Source: Lama glama
Lineage: Eukaryota
Direction of reading: 5' to 3'
DNA length: 64,000 nt
Assembly (NCBI GenBank): GCA_028534125.1
Contig: CM052817.1
Location: 106,518,001 to 106,582,000, forward strand
Translations under genes and position numbers: made by a program
Part shown: one piece after another, positions 1 through 11,620 of the stretch
Layout: every line of letters starts with the position of its first letter
Numbering within the stretch: position 1 is the first letter of the stretch
The notes under the pieces: generated by a model
What the model was told of the DNA's origin: nothing
The model's database searches: none
Seen by the model: the letters and a program-made list of their open reading frames with translations, nothing else

Positions 1-58
1 AGGACATGGGGGAGGGGGTTGACTCTGGAAGGCCCCCCAAGGTTCCTGCTCAGTCACA
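1..58 (-). mobile_element. ERV1-class LTR, 5' end (cut by window edge)
   Basis: Minus strand starts TGTGACTGAGCAGGAACCTTGGGGGGCCTTCC; clearly homologous to the LTR end at about 2500-2553. Confidence 0.75.
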
Positions 59-374
59 CAAGTACTTTGGGATTTATCTTATCAGTAGTAGAAAGTACTT
101 AAGAATTATAAGGAGATCAAAAGGAGGCAGGGGGATTCAGCAGAAAAATAAATACAGGGATTTTTATTTAGAAATGATTGTTCTCACTGCAGTGGAATGG
201 AAGGATGAAGGGTGGATGTAAAGAGATCAATCAGTAGGGTCATTACAGGGGCCAAATATAGAGGAGTGCAGTGCATTATCCTATTGTTGAGAATTACCTC
301 CTAAATATGTAACAAAAAATAGAAAAAGCAGGCTTTATGCCTCAAATGTCCCACTTATTGTCTAAAATTTTAAT

Positions 375-1104
375 AGTTACAAGAGGAGACCTTGAGGTCA
401 TAAGGTGGCAGATGCCAGCAGGCACTGCTTTGAGCATGGTTGGTGGTCTCCCGAGTCTGACACAGCTCAGAAAATTCGAGTTCTCCATGATACAAGAATG
501 TGTCTGACATCACACACCCCCTGGCCACCTAGTTTTCTCTTGAATGTCTGAACCACAGCGACTTCACTTCAACTTTCAAGTGCATCCCCCTCCTCAAGGC
601 CAAAGCAGGTGTATAATGCATGTCCTACAGGCCATAAAACAGGGAGTTTCAGTCAGTAAAGTTAAAGTTAAACTATGTATAAGCCAGAATGACTTCCTCA
701 CACCTCAGTATGTGCAGATTTTCCCATCATTTCCCCTGTTGATTGCAAATCTTTCAGTAGAAAGCACTGATGATCAAAATGTCCTTCCCTCAGTGCTGGG
801 GTGATGGCTTCCACCCCAGGTTCAGATCATGTCCCTCAGTGCCAGGCCTCCTTTATATTTGCCTAGTTATCCACATGTTGGGTGGGGGGTTAATCAGATA
901 TCATGAACAGGCTCAGAAATATAATAATGGGAACACACTTTACAGGCCATACATTTCATCACTTCTACCCAATTATTACATGAGCACGGTACACGTGTTT
1001 CCAACAGCAGACACAGACCAAGCGCTGCTGTGCATCCTGTGTAGTTACGCTGTGATTACTCCATTAGCGAATTTCTCTTTCCATCCTAAACACTGGGGGC
1101 AACA
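375..1104. mobile_element. Probable ancient LTR remnant (family not assigned)
   Basis: GC-richer block ending ...GGGGCAACA (TG start on the minus strand). Recognised by general resemblance only. Confidence 0.3.
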
Positions 1105-1126
1105 ATGTGGTTGGAAGTAAAATAAC

Positions 1127-1170
1127 TTTCTTCTTTTAAAATATACTTTTATTGAAGTACAGTCAGTTTA
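1127..1170 (-). mobile_element. Ultra-short L1 3' tail
   Basis: T-rich tract plus TTTATTGAAGTACAGTCAGTTTA, the reverse complement of the L1 3' end seen at about 27370-27400 and 53370-53395. Confidence 0.65.
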
Positions 1171-1171
1171 T

Positions 1172-2295
1172 ATGGATAGGAAGACAAACATCTGATAAAG
1201 AATTCACTTAGAAAATATAGGTTCAAAGCCAGGAATGTTTCAGAGAAAACCAAGAAATTACAACCATAGTCACCTGTTAACTCATTCTTATGTAATTAAT
1301 CCTTTTTACTAACAGTTTTATAAAATCAGAGTTTTCACTAGACTTTTTAAATATCTTGCCCAGTTCAGCAGTACGATTTAAAAGAAACCTGTACTTGTCA
1401 AAAGTCCTTTTTATGACTCTTATTGAAGATGAAGCAGTTTTGCAAAGTATCAACTTAATTATGTCTCTAAATGACAAGTCTTAAAAAGGCAAGGTTAAAG
1501 ATCTTGTTACATTTTTGACAAAGAAGTTTAATCAAGTTGCTGTGGCATACAACCTTTTAAGATAACTAAACTAGAACTAGAATTATAGCTAGAACAACTT
1601 GAATCAGACCGATAGCATTATACCAGGACAGATCTAAATTTCAGAAAACTTAATTTTCACAATGTCTGTATCAATAATATTTATCTGTATCACATAATCT
1701 GAGAAGGCTTGTCACTCATTTGACAATGCCGTGTAATTTAACATAGCAACCAATCCTAGTTAAATATTTTTCTTTCAGGTGTCTCAGGGGACTTCTGAAG
1801 CATTCCAAAGTTAGTTGACGTCAAAACAGCTTTGATTAGAATTTGATAGGAAGTTTGTCAGCAACACCAAGAAGTCTCACACAATCTGTTATCAGAAGAA
1901 GCATCTGTTATCACAAGCAAGCAAGCGTGTTCTCTTAACAGAGAGGAACCAAATCCAGTCTTGCACTTGTCTACTTTTAATAACAAAATCCACTTACCTA
2001 CATAAGTTTAACCTAATCTCATCCTGGCTATACACAAAACTCCTTTTTAAGGACTCCATTTCTACAAACTTCCGCCAACTTTCTGTATCCATATTAATTT
2101 GTTCCTCATTTTTTTTTCCCATCTAGAACAAACAGCTTTAAGACAAATCAGTTTTTAACTCAAAACATATAACCCACTTTCCTACTGTATACTGAAACAT
2201 TTTCTTTATTATTTTTAGTAGATTTAGTGACATATATTAGAATCCTCAACTATTAAAAACTTTAATTTCTAGTGAAAACAAAGAAAAAAGCAATT
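1172..2295 (-). mobile_element. Degenerate ERV1 (MER4-group-like) internal region
   Basis: Non-coding AT-rich sequence resembling MER4-group internal regions, directly abutting the LTR at 2296-2553. Confidence 0.6.
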
Positions 2296-2553
2296 ACGCA
2301 CAGCTTGTGCACAATCCTCTGATTGGTTGGCGTTGAGTGAACAGGGCATCAACACTATCAGCCCCTACAAGGTCTGGGGCTATGTACGTGTAGTCATCCA
2401 TTTCTTCCCTTTGGTGGTGGTTTTCAGCATCTGTAACACTCAGGAAATAGACATGAGATGCTATGATCTGGGTACTTCAGAGAGGAGCTACAGCAGAGGG
2501 TATGGGGAGGGGGTCTGACCCTGGAAGGTCCCCCAGGGTCCTGCTCAGTTACA
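2296..2553 (-). mobile_element. ERV1-class LTR, U3 part only
   Basis: Minus strand begins TGTAACTGAGCAGGACCCTGGGGGACC, includes a CCAATCAG box, then is truncated; same family as 1-58. Confidence 0.75.
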
Positions 2554-3370
2554 CTTCCTCATCTGAAAAAAAAAAGGATTAGCCAATCCCTCTACCCACT
2601 AATGAGTGGATTGCCTCAGAGACCACATTGTGATTCTGTACTCACCATAAAGATTTGCATGATAAGCTTTGGAGTAAAAACAAGTATTCCTTCAGTTAAA
2701 AATGTACTTAAAATGTAGCAGAATTCAATTTTACAATTATCCCAATATGACCAGAAGTATCGTGACTTCAAACATAAGATGAGCTATTCAAGGAAATCTC
2801 ACCTGAGAGAACGTCAGAACTTGAGCGTGTGAAGACAAGGTTCTAATTAAAATTATTTCGGCAACTTTTGTTTTTCCAAACTTTAGCATTTCTCCAAATT
2901 TTAAGCAAGTGATTAGAATATTCATTTTTTTAATTCTAGTTTTAGAAATGTCCTGTTAAGTAATTTTTAGTCACACTTACGTTAAATTTCACATAGCCTT
3001 CCGCAATTGAAACTGATCCAACTTTCCCTAGTACCACTTAATCCTTTGGGATTCTCTGCCTTTCTCCTGACCAGTGAGCCTTAAACTCATGAAATAACAA
3101 TCTACAAGGTTGCACTTTTCTGGACACACTTGTGGTATCATCAGCTAGCAGCTTCCACTCCTACAACCCCAGACTACAAGACGATCACCTCCATGGAAAG
3201 TCAGTCTCCTGTGACTATCTTCCTTAAGTCCAAGGCTCAGCCACTCTCAGGGGTGCCCTGTTATCATCAAGGCTCTGGCACATGATCGGAGGTGGAGGAA
3301 GAAGTCACAGAACCACTCTGCTCTCTGCTACACCACCTGCATCCCAGTCCAACTCAGTCCAGTAGCTTTC

Positions 3371-3884
3371 TGTTACCCACGAAAGGTAAAGATCTGAGTT
3401 CTTGTCTTACCCAAAAGATAAGTTTACAGTCGGGAGACGGTGCATTGTGTAGCAAAAAAAGTAAAAATTCAACTCTGGGAATGGAAAGTAGGCTGATCCA
3501 AGGGAGCAAAAGTGGCAGTTTTTATCTCCCTTTCTCTTATACCCTCACTTAGAGATGGTCTCTTGATTGACTGACAGCTCTTGTCCCTGGAGTGCTCAGT
3601 CATGTTCGGCCCCTTTTGCACATGTCCCTAAGGCACAGAGAACAACACACGGGGGGCTTGAACCACCAAGCTAATTATGATACAGTGAAGACTGTGTCTT
3701 GTCTGGTTAAGTCCTTTCTGCTACCATGCAGTGGTGGCCTCTGGGTTCTAACCAGTTTCTTGCTGGTGCTCACTTAGAAGTGAAGCCCCTTTATGCTGGA
3801 GGCGGGCATAACACCATCTTCAAAACCCTCCTCCCTCTCCTCCACCTGTCTGTCCCGTGTCCCCACTTATCTAACTACCTAACA
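3371..3884 (-). mobile_element. ERV1-class solo LTR (family A, copy 1)
   Basis: TG...CA termini; 4-bp TSD TTTC/TCTC; homologous to 33305-33867 and 48136-48685. Confidence 0.9.
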
Positions 3885-6002
3885 TCTCCACTGCCTCCTC
3901 TTTGATTTCACACTGACTGCCCTGAGCTCCTGTCAATCTTTCCACTATTTTATCTCCTGGTAAGTAAGCTCCACTCCCCTTGGCTGGGAGCAAGTCACAT
4001 GATCAGGCACCACACTGCAGAATATCTTAACCAATTCCAAGATTGGCATCCCTGGTACCTAGATTTTTTCTCCTCCAAAATGGCATAATAACTTCTATTT
4101 GAGAACCAATATAACAAATGCATGTGCATGTTTAAAGTATCAGATTCCTTGGAAAAAAAAAAAGTAAGTCTTCAATAAATGACTGTTGTCTTTTTCACTG
4201 CCTTATTGGAGGACAAATCTGAAAGGAGAATTGATGAAAAACCAACCATGAGGCAGCTTAAATCATCCTTTTTATAATCAGAGAGCTTTTATTACTATAA
4301 TATTAAAATTTACCATCACAATATAATCATTTGCTTTTATGTCTCCTTTAAAATATATTTCTTATCTGTGATTATTATCCCATCTCATTTTTTAAAGTTC
4401 AAAACACATGTATTTTGGTGGCTATTCTGTACCTACATACATAGATAAACATGTCTAAGAATTTACACCTGCCCTGAGGAGTTTTACTTTATTATTTCCA
4501 AAAATAATCATTATGATTATGAAAATGATAAAGTGGCAACTATATACAACTATATGTAAGTATATATTATTAGTTCTAACACAGAAGATATGTATATGGA
4601 ATCAGGAAATGCTTTGTTGCTTTGTTTTCTAAGCCTTTTCATTGTCAGATTTAGGAGACCCCATAAAGGTACCTTGATAAATTCTGAGTTAACAAATAAA
4701 ATAATGGAGGGAAGGGAAGTTAATACCTTGAACTTGTAGGGCAGTAATAGTATACTGTTACTTATTTCAGAAGTTGTTTTCGAGAATTTTCTGAGAAAAC
4801 AAATTGATCTCTCCATCCCATGATTACTTTGATGTCCAGAGAGACTGAAGCCTAATGAATGACATGTTAGTTTAAATGTTAAAAATAAATGTCAGATAAT
4901 GGGAGATTACTTATCATGTCATCCTTCATTATTTATCTGAATATCGAAAATTCAAGGGAGAATTTTCTTGTATTTCTATATACTTACAAATAATACGACG
5001 TTTCATGTTTGTTTCTGATCCTGAATCTATTTTTTTCAGTAATATATGATTTTAGTTAATCTGTTGTTTGCCAGTGTATTCTAAATTATCAATTTGGTGG
5101 TAAATACATTATATTTATTGATCCCCAAAGAACTATTTCTGGTATATAAATAAAATTGAAAGACATAAATGTTATAATTGGATCCTTTTACAAACTATAA
5201 AAGTAATGCAATGAAGTGGTATTTTTGTTATTTGGGACTCATAACAATTCCCCATATGAATTGTACATTACAAAACCCATAAAACTATTATAAAATTTCA
5301 CCTTAATAAGAGAATTATTATTATAAGTAAACATAAGTATGCATTCTTACCTTGCCAGTAAAGATCATCTTTTTTGGATCCCTGTTCTGTCTTTTAATCT
5401 TGATATTTGCTGCCCACATATCTGAAATTTCCTCTTTATTTTTTTATACCTAAAAGCTCACTTAACTTCCATATTTTGACATTTTTCCTATATTCTCTTT
5501 TCTCACACAATACCTTAAGTTGATACACAGAAAGTATAAGATGCGTTTTCTTGATTTTCTCTCCTCAAACCATGATCATATTTAAAGACACAAGGAAATA
5601 ACACTGTGAATTTTGCTCTTGCTCCTGTTTAATACCACCATTAAGCCCAGCATCGTGTCTATCCTCTTCTCATGCTTTTAAGTACTTAAGTATGGAAAAA
5701 ATTCTCTTTAACCACTGTGTGCAACTGTTCTGAATGCCGTGCTAATTCAAGAATATCTTTGGAAGCATGAAGCAGAAGATGAGGAGAAGCAGGAGGATGT
5801 CAGGTCAACGCTATTAGGAAGAGATACTTTGTTAGGTGAGACTACACTGCATTTGTACTACTTAAGATGAACATCTGATGAATTAATCGGTCATTTCACT
5901 CCCACAAGCTCTTCAGCCTCACCAGTCCTTCAGCACACGTGATCATTATCCACCTGTAGTAGACCCTGGGTCACAATCTGCAGCCTTCTAGACATCCAAT
6001 AA

Positions 6003-6021
6003 ACACACACACACACACACA
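6003..6021. repeat. (CA)n microsatellite
   Basis: Visible directly in the sequence. Confidence 0.95.
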
Positions 6022-6975
6022 TTTCACTTATATAGAGTCTACAAAAGGCAAAACTAATCTATTTGTTAAAAGTCAGCACAATAGTTGCTTCTTTCTAGGG
6101 GCATGAAATAATTTTCTGGAGTGATAGATGTATTCTAAATCTGACAGGGGCTTAGGTAATGCAGGTGTATGTATTTGTCAAAAATCAATAGTGGAAGTAG
6201 GGTTATCCCCTCTTGAAAACAAAAGCAAAAGCAAAAGCAAAAGCCGAACAAACTCTAAATTGTGACTTGTGTGGTGAGATATTAGCGGTGAAGTGTCCTG
6301 ATGTCTGTAAACTTGAAGTGAAAAAATGAGTGAGATGAAGTGATGGGCTGATAAAGGGAAGTACAGATGTATGAGTGTGTAACGAAGAACATATAGCAAA
6401 ATATTTATTGTAGAAGGTAGGTCTTAGGTATATGTGTGTTTTGTGTTATTATGGACCAAATTCTATCCCCCGAAAATTATATATTGAAATTCTAACCCCC
6501 AGTGTGACTGAATTTGGACACAGGGCATATAGGACATACGAGGTTATCCAGGTTAAATGAGTTCCTGAGGTGCGGCCCTAATCCAATATGTCTGATGTCC
6601 TCACAAGAAGAGAGAGGTACCAGGGATGCAGATGTAGGGAAAAGCCCTCGTGAAGATACAGGGAGAAGACAAACACCTACAGCCAAGGACAGACAAATGC
6701 ATCACATTTAATTAGTAGACTTTTTAGAGCAGTTTTATGCTTAAAAAGTGTTGAGCAGAAAGTATGGAGAGTGCCCATGTGTCCTTCTCAAGAAACCGAA
6801 CCTGCCAGCACCTTGATCTTGAACTTCCAGCCTCCAGGACTGTGAGAAATAAATGTCTGTTGTTCAAAACCTCTACCCTTTGAGATTTTTCGTGGCAGCA
6901 ATAGCCAACTAAAATATGTGGGCAATTCCTTCAGCTGTTCTGTATATTCAAAATTTTTCATAATAAACATCAAGA
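6022..6975 (+). mobile_element. Old L1 (L1ME-type) 3'UTR, interrupted by an MLT1
   Basis: AGGCAAAACTAATCTA...TTCTGGAGTGATAGATGTATTCTAAATCTG...; resumes after the MLT1 and ends ...CATAATAAA. Confidence 0.7.
6447..6916 (+). mobile_element. MaLR LTR (MLT1A/B-like) carrying an internal ~87-bp insertion
   Basis: Typical motifs CCCTAATCCAATATGTCTGATGTCCT and CTTCCAGCCTCCAGGACTGTGAGAAATAAAT; 5-bp TSD TGTGT/TGTGG. Confidence 0.9.
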
Positions 6976-7426
6976 AAAAGTAATAAACAATTCTAGAAGA
7001 AGCACATGATTTTCCATATCACTATTGACAGAGTTTGGTAAAATTTTCCACTAACTTTTTAACAGAATTTTCCAATAAAATATGAAAGAGAAACATGATC
7101 TCAGTCTGTATTTTTTTTTCCCCACAGAAATAGAAAGGAATAGGAAAGAGCGTTGGAGTGTTTGTGATTCTTCAATATTGTACATGTTTTCATATTAATA
7201 AGATACAATTTTTCGGCCAAGATAATATGTAAAGCAATACATCTTTATCTTTGTAACAGTTAATTATATTAATACAAAGCCTCAGAGCAGATGGATATCT
7301 AGGATTGTATCCAAAAACAGACACAGAATGTTTCCATGCATGGTGGGGTAAAGTCCATGAAAGACGAGCAATGGGATCTGTCATCTTTGCTAATAAGACT
7401 TCCAGCTGGGCATCTGCATCACATTT

Positions 7427-10026
7427 CTTTTAATTAGTAGACTTTTTAGAACAGTTTTATATTAAAAACTGAATAGAAAGTATGGCAAATGCCCACGTAC
7501 CCCTCCCCCCATTTCTCCTGACTTCCCCGGCAGACAGTCTCCCTTGTCAGTAACAACAGCGTGAATATGTACCTTTGCTGTAACTGATGAGATGGCACTG
7601 ACACACTCTTATGAACGCTGAAAGTCTACATTAGGGTCCATTATTTGTGTTGTACACTTTATGTATTTTGAAACACATGGTGACTTGTATCCACCATTCA
7701 AGCATCATACAGAGGTTTCACTGTCATGAAAACCCCCTGTACTCCCCATTTTCACCCCTCCTCCCAATCCTTAAAATCTTGGCAATCATTGATCTTTTTA
7801 CTGTCTCCATAGCTGTGCTTTTTTCAGAACATCATATAGTTGGAATCTACTGTATTGTCAGATCAGCTTCTTTCACTAGAAATTTGCATCTGGCCTTATG
7901 CTTGTCTTTGGGGGGACTTGAGAGCTCATTTCTTTTTATCACTGAATAATACTTTATTGCACAGGTGTCACACACATTATTTATTTACCTATTGAAGGAC
8001 ATCTCAATTGCTTCCAAGTTTCAGCAGTTATGAGTAAAGCTACTATAAAGATATGTGTGAAGGTTTTGTGCAGACATAAATTTTCACCTCATTTGGGTAA
8101 ATACCAAGAAATATGATTTCTGGATAATATGGTAAACATGTGCTTGCTTTTGTAAGGAAGGCCAAACCGTCTTCCAAAGTGGCTCTACCATTTTGCATTT
8201 CCATCAGCGATGAATAAGAGTTCCTGTTTCTCCACATCCTCACTAGCATTTGATGCTCTTAATGTTTCAAATTTCAGCCTTTCTATGAGGTGTGTGGTGG
8301 TATCTAATTTTTTGTTTTACCTTGCAATTTGCTTATAACATATAATGTTGAACATTTTATTACATGTTTATTTACCATCTGTACATCTTCTTTGGTGAGA
8401 CTTCTGTTTATGTATCTTTCCCATTTTAATTAGGTTATTTTTTTCTTATTGTTGCATTTTAAGAATTCTTTGTATATTTTGGATACCAATTATTTTCAGA
8501 TATGCATTTTGCAAAGATTCTCTCCTAGTCTGTGGCTTGTCTCTTCCTTCTCCTAACAACATTTTTCCGAGAATATACATGTTTTATTTTAATGATGTCC
8601 AACTTATCAATTTTTTTTTCATGGACTGTGTTCTTGTTATTGTAACTAAAAGCTCATTTCCAAAGCCAAAGTCACCTATTTTTCCTCCTGTTGTCTTCCA
8701 GAAGTTTTATAGTTTTGTACTTATTTTACATTTAGGTCTGTGAAACATTTTAAGTAATTTTTGTGAAAGGTTTATGATCTGAGTCTCTGTGCAAGAACTC
8801 TGTCTAAATTAAGGGGCTTTTTTGTTTGTTTTGTTTTTTGTTTGTGCATAAGGATGTCCAATTGCTCCAGCATCATTAGTTGAAAAGAGTATTCTACATG
8901 AAATCGCCTTCACTCCCTTGTCAAAGATGAGTTTATTATACATATGTGGATCTATCTCTGGGCTCTCTATCCTTTTTTTTTAAATTACTCATCTATTCTT
9001 ATGTAAACGCCACGCTGTCGTAATTACTACAGTTTTATACTCAGTATGACACCAGGCAGAATCAGCCCTCCAGTTCTGCACTTCAATATTGTGGTTACCA
9101 TGTGGGGTATTTTGTCTCTCCATATATACTTGAGAATTAGTCTATTCATATCCACAAAGTGATTTGCTGAGACTTTGGGGTTGTATTAAATATATAGATC
9201 AATTGGGTCAGAACTGATATCTTAACAATATCGAGTCTTCCGATCCTTGAACATGAAATGTATTAACATTTACGTAGATCCTCTTTGATTTCTTTCATCC
9301 AAGTTTTGTACTTTTCCTCACATAGATCTCGTACATATTTTGTCAGATTTATTCCTAAGTATTTCATTTTTAGGTGTTAATGTGAGTGATATTCTGTTTT
9401 TTAATTAAACTCCCATTTGTTCATTGTTGGTACATAGGAAAGCAACTGATTTTTATCTATTAACCTGCTATTTTACTTATTAGTTTTAGAAGATATTTGG
9501 TTGATTCTTTGGGATTTTCTACATAGCCAGCTATGTCATCTGTAAACAAAGAAAACTTTATTCCTTCCTTCTTAATCTGCACACTTTAAATTTCACTTTC
9601 TTGTCTTATTGCATTAGGTAGGATTTTTAGGACAATACTGAATAGGAGTGCTGAGAGAAGACATCCCTGACTTGCTGTTAATTTAGTCTGAAACATCTAC
9701 TTTTCCACTATTAAGTATGAATGTAACTGCAGGTGTTTTACAGGTGTTCTTTATCCAGTGGAGGTGTTTTCCTCCACTCTTAGTTTGCTGAGAGATTTCA
9801 TCAAGAATGATGTTGGATTTTGTCAAATGCTTATTCTGCAGCAGTTAACATGATCATGTGATTTTTCTTATTTTTCCTTTTGATATGATGAATTATATTA
9901 CTTGATTGTTAGATTGAACTAGAAATACACGATTAGAATAAATCTTACTTGGTCATGATGTATATTTTTAATATGTTGTTGGATTTAACTTGCTAATATT
10001 CTGTCACAGAATTTTAAAATATATGT
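7427..10026 (-). mobile_element. L1MC-type LINE, 3'UTR plus degraded ORF2 3' part
   Basis: Starts with the L1MC tail TTTTTAGAACAGTTTTA...; ORF 8043-8249 (MLVRMWRNRNS...FLGIYPNEVK) is frameshifted L1 ORF2 C-terminus. Confidence 0.9.
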
Positions 10027-10440
10027 TCATGAAAGATATTAGTCTAAATATAAGAGTTAGTTTTATGTTTCTCTATTGTAGAAAGTAAGACAAAGTTCAA
10101 ACATTCTTGTCTATAAGTTGTTATTCAAACTAAAAAGAATTTGCTCATCTTTCAAAAGGTAACACATCCCCAGCAATTTTTAGTTAGTATACAAAGAGAT
10201 TTTTAAAATAATCTTTAAAGAAAAACCTAGATTCATCCAAATGTTTTTAAATCAGAAACAGACATAATCCAAATGATTTCCTAGAAAAATTAATATGGAA
10301 AAGAATATCAAGGGGAAAAGAAGGAGAACAGATGGCAACAAAGATATGCAAAGTTTGGGATGAGGTCACTGAAAACAAATCAGTGGACATGGAAAACAGA
10401 CTTGAACTTAATATCTGGTCTGTTATTAGAAAGAGGAGGA

Positions 10441-10719
10441 TTCTATGTCTATAAGTCTATTTCTGTTTTGTATTTATGCTTTGCTTTTTTGTTTTTGTGT
10501 TTGTTTTTGTTTTTTAGATTCCTCATATGAGTGATCTCATATGGTGTTTTTCTTTCTCTTTCTGACTTACTTCACTTAGAATGACTGGAATTTGGCACAA
10601 CATTGTAAAATGATTATAAATAAATTAAAAATGTTAAAAAAAGAATATGAATAGGCAAGTCAGACTGGAAGAAAATATTTTCAATATATATTTCTATAAA
10701 AGATTATATAAAAAAATAA
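10441..10719 (+). mobile_element. Young 5'-inverted, truncated L1 with 3' transduction
   Basis: Perfect 13-bp TSD AGAAAGAGGAGGA (10428-10440 and 10720-10732); inverted L1 3'UTR 10441-~10584; forward L1 end ~10585-10642; extra segment then A-tail. Confidence 0.85.
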
Positions 10720-10969
10720 AGAAAGAGGAGGAAGGCAATAGGTTGGCTTAATGAAGAGACTGGAGCTTAGATACCTGAAAGAAAAATCACAACAGGTGAA
10801 GAAAAGTCAGAAGAGGAAAACTTTATTGATGGGAAAACAGCAAATTAAATTTTAGGATTTTACACTCGAGTCAGGGGCAGGGAATGTGAGCAGAGTTCTG
10901 GTAGTGATTAGTGATATAAAACCAGAGCCCCAAAGAAGGCAGGTTGATATTTGACTTGCATTGTCCTGC

Positions 10970-11307
10970 AGGCCCTGCCTTTCCATCTTCCCATTCCTCC
11001 TTTTGTGTGTAAGTTTGACTGCTTCTTCTAGGTCCCCCGAGTGGACACTATGATGACTTTTAATAGTATGTCACCAGTTCAGACTTTTCCCCAAAATTTC
11101 AGAAACCAGGTGAATACTGGATATATTAAAATGATTTCCCTCAGTTGGTTCAAGGTGTCAGAGTTCAACATCTTTCCCCAAAACTCCATTCAAATTTTGC
11201 TTATGCCAGGGATTCTCAATCTCAGTTTATAGGACCATTATTCTTTTTTCAGTCATTCAGTGAAAAACTAAGAAAGGGCAACTTCTCCCTCCTTCCTCTC
11301 TCCCCAC

Positions 11308-11345
<38 letters not shown>

Positions 11346-11620
11346 AACTTATGCATCCAACTTTCCGAATTTACATCCTAAATCACTTTCAATGCAAACC
11401 TCCATCTCATGGACACCAAACACTCCCTTCTTTCTGGTTTCTATCATTTCTTACCCTTGCGTTTGTAGAATCCTAACCGACACTCCTATTTGTATTCCAC
11501 AGTTGGATCGTCAGCAGGGTTCTAAGTAGCTATTTTCATACACTAACACAACTTCCAGCCATTTGAAATCTTATTATGGCTCATTTTTTAAAACGTAAAA
11601 GCTTCTAGGCTACCCGACCA
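10970..11620 (+). mobile_element. Highly diverged L2 fragment containing (CA)n at about 11311-11340
   Basis: Pyrimidine-rich L2-like phrases; microsatellite visible directly. Confidence 0.5.

Noticed and set aside
1..2553. Two same-orientation LTR ends as one provirus
   Set aside because: No polypurine tract adjoins the LTR at 1-58, and unrelated host/L2-like sequence lies between them; more likely separate insertions.
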